From: Armatimonadota bacterium
GTDB lineage: Bacteria; Vulcanimicrobiota; Vulcanimicrobiia; Vulcanimicrobiales; Vulcanimicrobiaceae
Assembly: GCA_037441145.1 (NCBI GenBank)
Contig: JBBISR010000007.1
Span: forward strand, 24,988-88,987
Direction: 5' to 3'
Length of the DNA: 64,000 bases
Both the position numbers and the translations under genes were made by a program. Under the pieces are notes generated by a model that worked only from the letters and a program-made list of their open reading frames with translations, ran no database searches and was not told where the DNA came from. How positions within the stretch are numbered: the stretch's first letter is position 1; every line of letters begins with the position of its first letter. Shown in pieces: positions 35,783 through 45,722 of this stretch.

Positions 35783-38335
35783 ATGACGATGCGTGGTGAC
35801 GACCGACGCCCCTTTGCCTTGCCCGGTGCGACCTTGCAATACGGCCCGGACAAGACCGTCGACGTCAAGCACATCGACTTACATCTGGTGCCGGATCTCG
35901 ACGCGCAAGCGCTCCGCGGTACGTGCACGACGACGGTAGAAGCGATCGAGGATGGCGTTGCGACGCTCGCGCTCGATGCGGCGGATCTGCTCGTCGATGC
36001 CGTGCGCGATCATGCCGGCGCGCCGCTTGCGTTCGTGTCCACGAGCGAGCGACTGACGATTACGTTTGCGCAACCGCTGCGTGCGGGCGAAGCGGTTACG
36101 TTCCGTGTCGATTATCGCGTCGAGCGTCCGATTCGCGGCTTGTATTTCACCGAGCCCGACGCCGCCGAGCCGCAGAAGCCCCGGCAGGCGTGGACGCAGT
36201 CGCAAGACACCGATGCGCGTGCGTGGTTTCCGTGCCTCGATTATCCGCACGAGAAGCAGACGACATCCGCGACGATCGTCGTGCGCAGAGGCGAATTCGC
36301 GCTTGCGAACGGCGCGCTCGTCGAGCGGCGCGACGACGGTGAGACGACGATCTTCCGGTACGAGCAAGCGATCCCGCATGCGACCTATCTCGTGACGATG
36401 GTCGTCGGGCGCTTCGCCGAGATCGAGCAAACGCCGTCGCCCGTGCCGACGTTTTACTACGTCCCGTTCGGGCGCGAAGCCGATGGCGAGCGTGCGTTCG
36501 GCAAGACGCCGCAGATGCTCGAAGCGTTCGCGAAGATCACGGGGCACGCGTATCCATACGCGCGCTATTCGCAGATCGCCGTCGCCGATTTCATCTTCGG
36601 CGGTATGGAAAATACGTCGGCGACGACCCAGATGGATCGCTGTCTGTTCGACGAACGCGCCGGGCTCGATTACCACGCCGATTGGCTCGTCGCGCACGAG
36701 CTCGCGCACCAGTGGTTCGGCGATCTGCTCACGTGCCGCGATTGGTCCCACGCGTGGCTGAACGAAGGCTTTGCGACGTACTTCGAAGCGCTTTGGCTCG
36801 AATGCGATCGTGGCTGGGACGAATATCTCTACGACATCATGTGCGATCAGCGCCAGTACCTCGGCGAGGATGGCGATCGCTATCGTCGGCCGATCGTGTG
36901 CAATCGCTTCCGCGATCCGATCGAACTCTTCGACGGTCACCTGTATCAAAAAGGCGGCGCCGTGCTGCACATGCTGCGCGGGATCTTGGGCTGGGAGCGC
37001 ATGCAGCGCTCGCTCAAGCGCTATGTCGCGGACAACGCGCAGCGTAACGTCGAGACGATCGATCTCGTGCGTGCGGTCGAACATGCGACCGGGAAAAATA
37101 TTCGCGGCTTCATCGCGCAATTCGTCGAGCGCGGCGGGCATCCGGAACTCGAACTCGGCTACAAGTACGATAAAGAGCGCGGCCTCGCGATCGTTTCGGT
37201 AACGCAGAAACAGACGATCGATGGCGAACGCCCGGCATACGAATTCGATCTCGTCGTCGGTTTCGTTACCGGCGCCGTTGCCGATCGTGCGCCGAGTAAT
37301 TTCGGCGACGGGCCTATGGCGAACGAATTGCGTACCACGCTGCGCGTAACGCGGGCCGTCGAATCGTTCGCATTTCCGGTTCCTGCGGAGCCCGTGCTCG
37401 TGCGCGTCGATCCCGGCGGCTACGTGCTTGGAACGATGGCGTACGCGATGGACGCCGATATGCTCGCCGCCGTGTTGCGCAACGATCCGAGCATCGCCGC
37501 TCGCGCGCGCGCGGCGAAGGCGCTCGGCAAGAAGACGAGTCGCGTCGCGATGAAAGCGCTCGCGGACGCGCTTGCAAACGACGCGTTCTGGGGCGTCGGT
37601 GCGGACGTTGCGGGCGTGCTCGGCGGCACGTTCGCACCCGCAGCACGGGCGGCGTTGCTCGCAAACGTCGGTCACGCGCATCCCAAGGTGCGCCGCGCCG
37701 TTGCTTCGGCGCTGCGAAATTTCCCCGATGCGGAAGTTGCAACGGCGTTGCTCGGCATGCTCGACGACGCTTCGTATTACGTCGTTGCGGCGGCCCTCGG
37801 GTCGCTTGGGAAAACGCGCGATCCGCGTGCATTCGATGCGCTCGTCGCGCATCTGGCGGTCCCGTCGTTCAACGATGTGATCGGCGCGGGAGCGGCGCGT
37901 GGGCTCGGCGATCTCGCCGATCCGCGCGCGTTCGCGCCGCTCGAAGCGGCGACCGGTGCGGACTATCGCGAAGCGATCCGCCGCGGCGCGCTTGCGGCGC
38001 TCGCGACGGCCGGCACGCTGCTCGAACACGAACGCACGCGCGTGGTCGAAGCGATCCGGCCCTCGTTCAACGATACGCGCTACTTCATCCGGCTCTCGGC
38101 GATCGCCGCGGCGGAAGCGCTCGGCGATGCGCGTTTGCTCGGCGAGCTCGACCGCTCGGCCGTGCGCGAGATCGACGGCCGCTTACGGCGGAGCGCTGCG
38201 GAAGCCGCGATCCGCGTGCGCGAAGCGCAAAGCGCCCCAGCCGAGCTCGCTCGCCTGCGAACGGAGCTCGACGACTTGCGCGACGAGCATCGGAAAATGC
38301 GCGAACGGCTCGACGAACTCGCGCCGAAAGCGTGA
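35783..38335 (+). CDS. pepN: M1-family aminopeptidase N with C-terminal HEAT-repeat domain
   Basis: Contains GAMEN-type GGMEN and the zinc motif HELAHQWFGDLLTCRDWSHAWLNEGFATYFE. The C-terminal ~300 aa carry A..ALG...D..A...L repeats. Confidence 0.9.
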   Translation: MTMRGDDRRPFALPGATLQYGPDKTVDVKHIDLHLVPDLDAQALRGTCTTTVEAIEDGVATLALDAADLLVDAVRDHAGAPLAFVSTSERLTITFAQPLRAGEAVTFRVDYRVERPIRGLYFTEPDAAEPQKPRQAWTQSQDTDARAWFPCLDYPHEKQTTSATIVVRRGEFALANGALVERRDDGETTIFRYEQAIPHATYLVTMVVGRFAEIEQTPSPVPTFYYVPFGREADGERAFGKTPQMLEAFAKITGHAYPYARYSQIAVADFIFGGMENTSATTQMDRCLFDERAGLDYHADWLVAHELAHQWFGDLLTCRDWSHAWLNEGFATYFEALWLECDRGWDEYLYDIMCDQRQYLGEDGDRYRRPIVCNRFRDPIELFDGHLYQKGGAVLHMLRGILGWERMQRSLKRYVADNAQRNVETIDLVRAVEHATGKNIRGFIAQFVERGGHPELELGYKYDKERGLAIVSVTQKQTIDGERPAYEFDLVVGFVTGAVADRAPSNFGDGPMANELRTTLRVTRAVESFAFPVPAEPVLVRVDPGGYVLGTMAYAMDADMLAAVLRNDPSIAARARAAKALGKKTSRVAMKALADALANDAFWGVGADVAGVLGGTFAPAARAALLANVGHAHPKVRRAVASALRNFPDAEVATALLGMLDDASYYVVAAALGSLGKTRDPRAFDALVAHLAVPSFNDVIGAGAARGLGDLADPRAFAPLEAATGADYREAIRRGALAALATAGTLLEHERTRVVEAIRPSFNDTRYFIRLSAIAAAEALGDARLLGELDRSAVREIDGRLRRSAAEAAIRVREAQSAPAELARLRTELDDLRDEHRKMRERLDELAPKA

Positions 38336-39813
38336 TCGCCCGCAACCTCACGGTTGCGGCGTTGTTCGCGCTGACGGCGTGTTCCGGCGCCCGGCACGAC
38401 GCGCGCGCCGCGAACGCGCCGCATCCGTCAGCATCCGCCATCGCACCAGCCGTCGCCGGCCCGTCGCCGTGGCCCGCACCGGCGGTGACGCGCTTACGGC
38501 GCGAGCTCGATCGCGTGCTCGGCGACCCGATCCTACGCACCGGAGCGGGGATCGCGATCGTCGGTCCGGATGGCGCGCTGCTCTACGGGCGTCGCGAACG
38601 CAAGGCGTACGCACCGGCATCGACGATGAAAGTGCTCACGGCCGCATCGGCGCTCGCAACGCTCGGCCCCGCGTATCGCTTCGTCACTTCGTTCGAAACC
38701 GACGCCGATCTCACGCCGGACGGCACGCTTGCGGGCGATCTCGCGCTCGTCGGCACGGGCGATCCGATCCTCACGAGCGACGACCTGCGCGGTGGCGTCG
38801 CCGCTTTAGCGCGGCGGGGCGTGCGCGCGATCGCGGGCGATCTCGTGATCGACGCGAGCGCGTTTTCCGGGCCCGAGCAGAATCCGAAATGGTCGCCCGA
38901 CGATTTGCAATACGGCTATGCAGCCGGTACGAGCGCGATCTCGCTCGATCAGGGAACCGTCGAATTCCATCTGGAGCCGCAGTCGGCGGGTGTACCCGCC
39001 GTCGTCGACGTCCGCCCGGCAAACGACGATCTCGTCGTGCACGGTTCGGTCACGACGGGCTACAGCACGAACCTCTCGATCGAGCGCGCACCGACGGCGA
39101 ACGATTTCACGTTTTCCGGAACGATCGCGCTCGGCGCCGAGCAGTCGTTCTACCGGCCCGTTTCCGACCAACCGGCGTTCGTCGGTGGTGTGGTGCGTAC
39201 GATGCTGCGCCAGCGCAACATCGAATTGCGCGGTAACGTGCGCGTCGGCGTCGCACCGCTTGCAGGGAATACGCTCTGGCGCCATCGTTCGCCGGTGCTT
39301 GCGAAACTCGTAAAGCAGATGCTCTGGGAATCGAACAATCATTTCGCGGAACAACTGCTGCGTACGGTCGGCACCGCCCGCGGCGTCGGCACGGAACGCA
39401 ATGGCGCGGCGATCGAGGGCACGGTGCTACGCAGCGATCTCGTGCCGATGGACGGCATGCGCGTGCTCGATGGCTCGGGGCTCGCGCCCGATAACCGCGT
39501 TGCCGCGTTGACGCTCGCAACGGTCGTCGCGCGTGCCTTTGCCGATCCGCGTTTACGCGCGTTACCGCCGCTCTTTCCCCGCGTCGGGATCGAAGGCACC
39601 GTGCGCCGCCGTACGCCGACGGCCGCGCTCGGCAAAGCGTGGGCGAAGAGCGGTCATATCGAATCGGTGAACGCGCTCGCCGGCTGGGTGCGCAGCGCCG
39701 CGGGCGATCCGCTCGCGTTCGCCGTCGTCATCAACGACCGCAACGCCGATGCCGGCGGCGCGGACGACGGCATCGATAAGATGCTCGACGTGCTCGCTCG
39801 AGCGAAGCGCTAG
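38332..39813 (+). CDS. dacB: D-alanyl-D-alanine carboxypeptidase/endopeptidase (PBP4, S13)
   Basis: Contains the SxxK motif PASTMKVLT, SNN-type ESNNHFAE and KSGHI (KTG-like). GTGA overlap with the pepN stop. Confidence 0.85.
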   Translation: MIARNLTVAALFALTACSGARHDARAANAPHPSASAIAPAVAGPSPWPAPAVTRLRRELDRVLGDPILRTGAGIAIVGPDGALLYGRRERKAYAPASTMKVLTAASALATLGPAYRFVTSFETDADLTPDGTLAGDLALVGTGDPILTSDDLRGGVAALARRGVRAIAGDLVIDASAFSGPEQNPKWSPDDLQYGYAAGTSAISLDQGTVEFHLEPQSAGVPAVVDVRPANDDLVVHGSVTTGYSTNLSIERAPTANDFTFSGTIALGAEQSFYRPVSDQPAFVGGVVRTMLRQRNIELRGNVRVGVAPLAGNTLWRHRSPVLAKLVKQMLWESNNHFAEQLLRTVGTARGVGTERNGAAIEGTVLRSDLVPMDGMRVLDGSGLAPDNRVAALTLATVVARAFADPRLRALPPLFPRVGIEGTVRRRTPTAALGKAWAKSGHIESVNALAGWVRSAAGDPLAFAVVINDRNADAGGADDGIDKMLDVLARAKR

Positions 39814-40553
39814 AACCCGACGGTAAGATCCGGAAGGTCGATGCCGCTTACGCGTGCGGTCCAGCGCTCGCCGCGCTTGATGTGGGGTGCCGCGGTGAGC
39901 GTACCCGTAGTAACGATCGCGTCGTTCGCGAGTGGCGTCCCGCGATCGTGGAGTTGTTTCTGCAACCAGAGAAATGCCATGATCGGGCTGCCGAGCACAT
40001 GCGATGCGTTGCCGCGCTCGACGACGATTTCATCGCATAGCAACTCGACATCGAACGAACCGAGCGCGGCCTCGATGCCCGGCGCGAACGTGCGGCGTTC
40101 GCCGATGAGGAGCTGCGCGTGCAAGCCAAAATCGGCGAGCGCGTCCGTCGGCGCGAAGCGCCAATCGGCGTAGTGGCATTGCACGATCTCGAAGCCGAGC
40201 GCATACCACGCGATCTTGCCGTCCGAGAAACAGAAGACGAGTTCCGGTTCGATGCGCGGCGCGACGAGATGCGCGATTTCGGCTTCATGCACGCCGCCGA
40301 TTGTCTCGCGATAGATCGGTGCGTAGAGCGGCGCGTCGAGGCCGTTCGCTTCCCAGATGACGGTGTTGGTAAAGCCGATCTTGTACCCGGCAGGTCGTTC
40401 TCCCGCGGCTTCGCGACGTGCGGCAAGTGCGTCGCCGAGCGCGTAGGCTTCGTCCCACGAGAGCGCTCCACGTTGGCTCGGCGGCACGACGAGCGTTCCG
40501 TTCGCACGAGCGGCGAGCAGCTCTTCGACCAGTGCTTCGTTCACCATGTTCAC
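39810..40553 (-). CDS. 2-keto-4-pentenoate hydratase / FAH-fold hydratase-decarboxylase family
   Basis: GYKIGFTN...IEPELVF...VTTGTLT is an MhpD/HpcG-like pattern. Confidence 0.7.
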   Translation of the reverse strand: MNMVNEALVEELLAARANGTLVVPPSQRGALSWDEAYALGDALAARREAAGERPAGYKIGFTNTVIWEANGLDAPLYAPIYRETIGGVHEAEIAHLVAPRIEPELVFCFSDGKIAWYALGFEIVQCHYADWRFAPTDALADFGLHAQLLIGERRTFAPGIEAALGSFDVELLCDEIVVERGNASHVLGSPIMAFLWLQKQLHDRGTPLANDAIVTTGTLTAAPHIKRGERWTARVSGIDLPDLTVGF

Positions 40554-40608
40554 TCCGGATACGGCAGAAGAGAGAGCGACGGATTCGCGAGGCGCTGTGG
40601 CGCGAACG

Positions 40609-40896
40609 TCATGTCGGGAGGACGCGCTTTGGCGGTGGGCCGGGCGTCTCGTCGAACGGTGTCAACCCGAGTCGATAGTGCCAATAGGTCCACGAACGCG
40701 GCGAGAACCAGCCCGGCTGTGCGCGCGCGATCGACGCGCGGAGTCGTTCGTGACCGAGTGCATCGACCATGGCCTCGACGTCGGCGAGATCGCCGATGTT
40801 CATGACCTGCGCGATGATGCGGTCGTCCGTGAAACGCGCGCCATCGACCGGTTTCCACCAGAGATATTTCGGGGCGAGCGCGGCTAGGATCGACAC
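40609..40896 (-). CDS. small hypothetical protein (95 aa)
   Basis: ATG ORF with protein-like composition (MSILAALAPKYLWWKPVDGARFTDDRIIAQVMNIGDLADVEAMVDALG...). I do not recognise a domain. Confidence 0.5.
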   Translation of the reverse strand: MSILAALAPKYLWWKPVDGARFTDDRIIAQVMNIGDLADVEAMVDALGHERLRASIARAQPGWFSPRSWTYWHYRLGLTPFDETPGPPPKRVLPT

Positions 40897-40954
40897 GGTT
40901 CTATACTTATTCGCGTGATGAGGACTCCGTGCCTAGAACGAATAAGCGACGGCG

Positions 40955-42361
40955 ATGGAGTACGGCCTCGACCCCACGCTGCTGCAACACTTGCTCGCGC
41001 GAGCGCTCCGCCATGGCGGCGATTATGCGGATGTGTTTTTCGAACGACGTGTTGCGACGAGCTTCCGTTTGCAAGACGGGCGCATCAACGATGCCGGCAT
41101 CGCGATGACGATGGGCGCGGGTATCCGCGTCATCAGCGGCGAGCGCGCGGGGTACGGCTACTCGGACGACCTCTCGCCCGAAGCGCTCGAACGTGCGGCC
41201 GATGTCGCCGCGCTGATCGCGCGCGATTCGTCCGTCGATCGATCGCACGAAATCCGCCTCGCGCGCGCGAGCGCTCCGCTCGTGTACGATGCCTTCGATG
41301 CAAACGGCGTCGATGCACAAACGGCCGTCGCATTACTCGAACGCGCCGATTTCGCCGCGCGCGCATACGATCCGCGCGTCGCATCGGTCAACGGTTTTTT
41401 CTCGAATGAAGTGCAGCACGTGCAGATCGCGACGAGCGATGGGAGGCTCGTGACCGATACGCGCCCGCTCATCGCGCTTACCGTGCAAGTCGTAACGAAG
41501 AAAGCGGGCGAACGCGCGACCGGATACCACGGCGACGGCGGCCGCATCGGCGTCGCATTTTACGACACGCGTACGCCCGAAGCGATCGCGACCGAAGCCG
41601 CGCGCATTTCTGCGACCAACCTCGATGCACGCGAAGCGCCCGCGGGCGATATGCCGGTAGTCGTCGGTGCGGGCGGCGGCGGCGTGCTGTTGCACGAGGC
41701 GGTGGGGCACGGGCTCGAGAGCGACTTCAATCGCCAGGGGACGTCGCTCTATTCGGGGCGTGTCGGCGAACGCGTCGCGAGCGAACTCGTGACGATTTAC
41801 GACGACGGCGATCTTCCCGGCGAACGCGGCACGGTTGCGGTGGACGACGAGGGAACGCCCGGCCAGCACAAGGTGCTCGTCGAGCGCGGCGTGCTGCAAG
41901 GCTACATGCAAGATCGCATGAACGGCGCGCTGATGGGCGCGCATTCCACGGGCAGCGGCAGGCGGCAGTCGTTTCGCGTGATGCCGCAACCGCGCATGTG
42001 CAACACGTTCATGCCCAGTGGCGAATCGACGTTCGAGGAAATCGTCGGCTCGGTCGAACGCGGCGTCTACTGCACGTCGTTCTCCGGCGGACAGGTCGAG
42101 ATCAGTAAGGGCGACTTCGTGTTCATGGTCGCCGAAGGCTATTTAATTGAAGGCGGAAAGATTACCGCGCCGATCAAGGGTGCGACGCTGATCGGTAACG
42201 GACCCGATGCGATGACGAAGGTGGTCGCGGTCGGCAACGACGGACGGCTTGCGAGCCGCTCGTACACCTGCGGCAAGGGCGGTCAGTACGTTCCCGTCGG
42301 CGTCGGCATGCCGACGGTGAAACTCGCGAGCTGCACGGTGGGCGGTTCGCAGGTCGCGTAG
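40955..42361 (+). CDS. tldD: metalloprotease TldD
   Basis: Contains LLHEAVGHGLESD (HExxxH) and is TldD-like throughout. Confidence 0.9.
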   Translation: MEYGLDPTLLQHLLARALRHGGDYADVFFERRVATSFRLQDGRINDAGIAMTMGAGIRVISGERAGYGYSDDLSPEALERAADVAALIARDSSVDRSHEIRLARASAPLVYDAFDANGVDAQTAVALLERADFAARAYDPRVASVNGFFSNEVQHVQIATSDGRLVTDTRPLIALTVQVVTKKAGERATGYHGDGGRIGVAFYDTRTPEAIATEAARISATNLDAREAPAGDMPVVVGAGGGGVLLHEAVGHGLESDFNRQGTSLYSGRVGERVASELVTIYDDGDLPGERGTVAVDDEGTPGQHKVLVERGVLQGYMQDRMNGALMGAHSTGSGRRQSFRVMPQPRMCNTFMPSGESTFEEIVGSVERGVYCTSFSGGQVEISKGDFVFMVAEGYLIEGGKITAPIKGATLIGNGPDAMTKVVAVGNDGRLASRSYTCGKGGQYVPVGVGMPTVKLASCTVGGSQVA

Positions 42362-42483
42362 AACGCCCGAGAGTGAGCGCCTTCACACCGCGCGGATACG
42401 TGCTACTCGGGCGTTTGGTCGCGATAGCATCCCGCGTTCTCATACCACTCATGTATCCGCATCAGAAAAAAGGACGCCCCGTC

Positions 42484-44034
42484 ATGTTTCGTTCGTTCCG
42501 CTCGGCCGTACCCGCGCTCGCGATCGTCGCCTGCGCCGTCAGCGCAACCGCAGCACCCGTGCTTGCCCAATCCGCTCCGCCCACGATCGCGATCACTTCC
42601 GGTGCGAATCAGGCCGTCGCTGCGACCGCGCAAATCAGCGGTGTCGTCGGCGATCCGAATCTCGGCTTCAACCCGGCCCGTGGGGTCGCGAATCCGCCGC
42701 CGATTCCCGTTGGCGGTGCCGCCCCGATTGCGATTTCCGTGAAAAACGCCGCGGGAACCCCGCTCGCAAATGCGCGCGTTTTGTTCTCGTGCGAATTTGC
42801 CGGAGGTCAGTGTTTTCTGTTTCCGCGAAGCAGCACGCATTTCACGGTGACCGATGCGGCGGGTAACGCGACGACCGTCTTCGGCGCAGGCAGTACCGCC
42901 TTCCCGAACGGCGTCGGTGCGCTAATTGCCCCGGTCACGAACAGCACGCTCGCAAGCGGCACGGCGAAAATTACCATCACGCTGCGCGACTTTCCGAACG
43001 CCGTCGCGACGACGACGCTTGCCGTCACGGGAGCCGCGCCGGTAACGAGCGGAACGTCGACGGGGCGATCGGGCGCCACGGTCACGATCGTCGCCGGTGC
43101 GCGGCAAACGCTGAGCGCCACGGGGCAGATCAACCGCATTACGGGCGATACCGCCCTTGGGTTCAACCCCACCCGCGGCGGCGTGCAGCTGGCCCCCCTT
43201 GCGGCCGCGGGTGCCGCCGCGATTACGATTGCGGCGAAAGACGGCGCGGGAAATCCCGTTGCGGGCGCGCGCATCGTGTTCGCATGTACCTTTGCGGGCG
43301 GCCAGTGCTTCCTCGCTCCGGGCGCCACCGATCACTTCACCGTCACCGATGCGATGGGCATGGCGACGAATCTCTTCGGCGCGGGGAGCACCGCGTTTCC
43401 GAACGGCGTCGGCGCGCTGATCACCGCGGGACCGAACGGACAACTCGCGAGCGGCACGGCGACGATTACGGCCACGCTCCGTGACTTCCCGAATGCCGTC
43501 GCGACGACCACGCTTGCGGTGACCGGCGCGGCTGCCGCGGCAACACCGCCCGCAACTGCGCCGACGAAAACGGGTAGCACGACGATCGCGTTCGTCGATG
43601 GTGCGAATCAAACGGGCGTCGGCACGGCACCGCTCAACGTCATGGCGGGCGACCCGGCACTCGGGATCGTGACCTCGCGTCGCACGCTCGCAACGCCGGT
43701 CGTTCGTGCCGCCGGCGCCAAAGCGATGACCGTCCGCGTCCTCGACGCCGCAGGCAATCCCGTCGTCGGCGTACGCGTGTTCTTTACGTGTCAGGTCGCG
43801 CAAGCGCAATGCTTTATGAGCCGTGCCGGGGTGCTCTCGGGCGTGTTCACCGACGCATCGGGAACGGCGACGAATCTCTTCGGCGTCGGCAGTAACGCCT
43901 TCCCAACCGGCGTCGGTGCCCTGATTTTCCCGAACCTGAACCAGACGCTCGCGGCGACGACCGCGACCATCACCGCGCGCGTGGCCAGTGCGCAAACGGC
44001 GGTTGCGACGACGACGATCGGCATCACGCCGTAG
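42484..44034 (+). CDS. secreted protein built of three ~165-aa tandem repeats (Ig-like, one Cys pair each)
   Basis: Signal peptide MFRSFRSAVPALAIVACAVSATAAPVLA. There are three units, each with C.FAGGQCF (CQVAQAQCF in unit 3), FTVTDA.G.ATN.FGAGSTAFPNGVGALI and TLRDFPNAVATTTLAVTG. The nucleotide landmark ttcccgaacggcgtcgg recurs with small substitutions at 42901, 43396 and 43900 (periods 495 and 504 nt). Confidence 0.7.
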   Translation: MFRSFRSAVPALAIVACAVSATAAPVLAQSAPPTIAITSGANQAVAATAQISGVVGDPNLGFNPARGVANPPPIPVGGAAPIAISVKNAAGTPLANARVLFSCEFAGGQCFLFPRSSTHFTVTDAAGNATTVFGAGSTAFPNGVGALIAPVTNSTLASGTAKITITLRDFPNAVATTTLAVTGAAPVTSGTSTGRSGATVTIVAGARQTLSATGQINRITGDTALGFNPTRGGVQLAPLAAAGAAAITIAAKDGAGNPVAGARIVFACTFAGGQCFLAPGATDHFTVTDAMGMATNLFGAGSTAFPNGVGALITAGPNGQLASGTATITATLRDFPNAVATTTLAVTGAAAAATPPATAPTKTGSTTIAFVDGANQTGVGTAPLNVMAGDPALGIVTSRRTLATPVVRAAGAKAMTVRVLDAAGNPVVGVRVFFTCQVAQAQCFMSRAGVLSGVFTDASGTATNLFGVGSNAFPTGVGALIFPNLNQTLAATTATITARVASAQTAVATTTIGITP

Positions 44035-44098
44035 CGGGAATGCCCGCATCGGGTGTCTTAGCTTCGAGCGATGGACTCGGTGCTCGAAACCCTCGCTC

Positions 44099-45418
44099 AT
44101 GTCGGCTGATCTCGTCGCCGTGGCACTCGCCGCGGCGACGGCATCCGGCGCCACCGACGCGGAAGCGTCGCTCGGACTCGCCGATCGCTTCGCCTGCGAA
44201 GCGCGGCTGACGGAAGTAACGAAGCTCGAGCGCTCGCGTGCGCGCGGGCTTTCGTTGCGCGTGTTCGTCGGCAAGAAACGTGCCGCGCTCTCGACGACCG
44301 ACCTGACGCCTGCGGGTATTCGCGAGCTCGCGACGCGCACGGTCGAGGCCGCGCGCTTCGTGGCCGACGACCCGCACGCCGGGCTACCCGAAGTTTTCGG
44401 GATCGCGGAAGGTGACTTCGGGCTCGTCTCGCCGGACGTCGCCGCGCGGCCCGACGAAGCGAAGATCGAAGAAGCGCTAGAGCTCGAACGCTTGGTGCGC
44501 CAGGGCGATCCGCGTATCACGAACTCGAAGGGCGCGCATGTCGGCGACACCCGTGCGACGCATCTGCTCGCGAATACGCGCGGCTTTTCGGGATCGTACG
44601 ATACGACGTATGCGAGCCGTAGCGTAACGCCGCTTGCGAGCGACGGCGCCGACCGCCGGATCGGATCGTATGGAAGCGCAGCGCGGTCCTATGCCGGGCT
44701 CACACCGGTTGCCGATGTCGCCCGCATCGCCGTCGAGCGCGCCGTGCTCTTGTGCGGTGCGCGCAAGCCTGCGACGATGCGCATCCCCGTGATCTTCGAG
44801 CGCGATCTCGCCGCGAGCGTCCTTGGCGATTTATTCGCCGCGCTCGGCGCTGCGAACGTCGCGAGCGGAAACTCGTTTCTGACCGATCGGATCGGCGAGC
44901 GCATCGGGAGCGATCTCGTCACGATCGTCGACGATGGCTTGCTCCCCGGTGGCCTCGGCACCGCGCCGTTCGATGCCGAAGGCGTGCCGACGCGCACGAC
45001 GACCGTCATCGAACGCGGGATGTTTCGGACGTTTCTCGCGGATACGTACAATGGGCGGCGCATCGGCATAGCCTCGACCGGCAACGCTTCGGGCGGCGGC
45101 GTCGGCGCGAACAATTTCTTCTTACAGCCCGGATCGGGGACGCTCGAAGAGCTTATCCGCAAGACGCAGCGTGGCGTGCTCGTAACGGACACGATCGGCT
45201 TTGCAACGGAATACGCGAGCGGCATGTACAGCCGCGGCGCGCGCGGAATGATGATCGAAAACGGCGAGCTGGCCTATCCCGTGGACGAGTTCACGATCGC
45301 CTCGACCTTCGGCGAGATGCTCCTCGGCATCGACGCGATCGCGGACGATCTCATCCACGACGGACGCGTCGTTTCGCCGTCCTTTCGCGTCGCCGAAATG
45401 ACGATCAGCGGAACGTAA
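44099..45418 (+). CDS. pmbA: metalloprotease PmbA/TldE
   Basis: PmbA-like throughout (LSLRVFVGKKRAALSTTDL..., C-terminal FRVAEMTISGT). ATG at 44099. Confidence 0.9.
   Translation: MSADLVAVALAAATASGATDAEASLGLADRFACEARLTEVTKLERSRARGLSLRVFVGKKRAALSTTDLTPAGIRELATRTVEAARFVADDPHAGLPEVFGIAEGDFGLVSPDVAARPDEAKIEEALELERLVRQGDPRITNSKGAHVGDTRATHLLANTRGFSGSYDTTYASRSVTPLASDGADRRIGSYGSAARSYAGLTPVADVARIAVERAVLLCGARKPATMRIPVIFERDLAASVLGDLFAALGAANVASGNSFLTDRIGERIGSDLVTIVDDGLLPGGLGTAPFDAEGVPTRTTTVIERGMFRTFLADTYNGRRIGIASTGNASGGGVGANNFFLQPGSGTLEELIRKTQRGVLVTDTIGFATEYASGMYSRGARGMMIENGELAYPVDEFTIASTFGEMLLGIDAIADDLIHDGRVVSPSFRVAEMTISGT
45337..45418 (+). repeat. left copy of the 82-nt direct repeat (functional 3' end of pmbA)
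   Basis: 75 of 82 nt are identical to 46601-46682. It encodes IADDLIHDGRVVSPSFRVAEMTISGT*. Confidence 0.9.
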
Positions 45419-45427
45419 TCGCGTCTT

Positions 45428-45673
45428 CTATCTTCCCGACTTGGTCAACGCTGCAGCAAGGCGCTGTGCGGACTCAAAGTAGCGAGCGTGCGTTTTGCGC
45501 AAGGTCGTCTCATCATGGGATTCGATTTCTACGATTTCGAGATGCTCTGCTTTGCGGTGCTCCAACTCAAGAGCTAGTCGCGCGGCACCAGACGCATCAA
45601 AATCAGCATCAGCAAAGCGCTCAAGATGACGCACTATTCCGGCCTTGCGATCGTAAACGATCAAAAAAATCAT
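45428..45673 (-). CDS. small acidic hypothetical protein (81 aa), candidate partner or antitoxin of the SAS gene
   Basis: ATG at 45673 with AGGAA 7 nt upstream, 49 nt downstream of the SAS stop. Sequence MIFLIVYDRKAGIVRHLERFADADFDASGAARLALELEHRKAEHLEIVEIESHDETTLRKTHARYFES... I do not recognise a domain. Confidence 0.6.
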   Translation of the reverse strand: MIFLIVYDRKAGIVRHLERFADADFDASGAARLALELEHRKAEHLEIVEIESHDETTLRKTHARYFESAQRLAAALTKSGR

Positions 45674-45722
45674 CGCTCTGTTCCTGTTGCTCTAACATCG
45701 CTGCGCGACCTAGGAGACGCGA

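Noticed and set aside
35879-38029. 716-aa minus-strand ORF
   Set aside because: It is antisense to the M1 aminopeptidase gene, which carries the HExxH-E zinc motif. Its composition is Arg/Glu-rich.
42922-44550. 542-aa minus-strand ORF across the repeat-protein gene and the pmbA start
   Set aside because: It is a shadow ORF. The plus-strand frames have a signal peptide, conserved repeats and PmbA homology.
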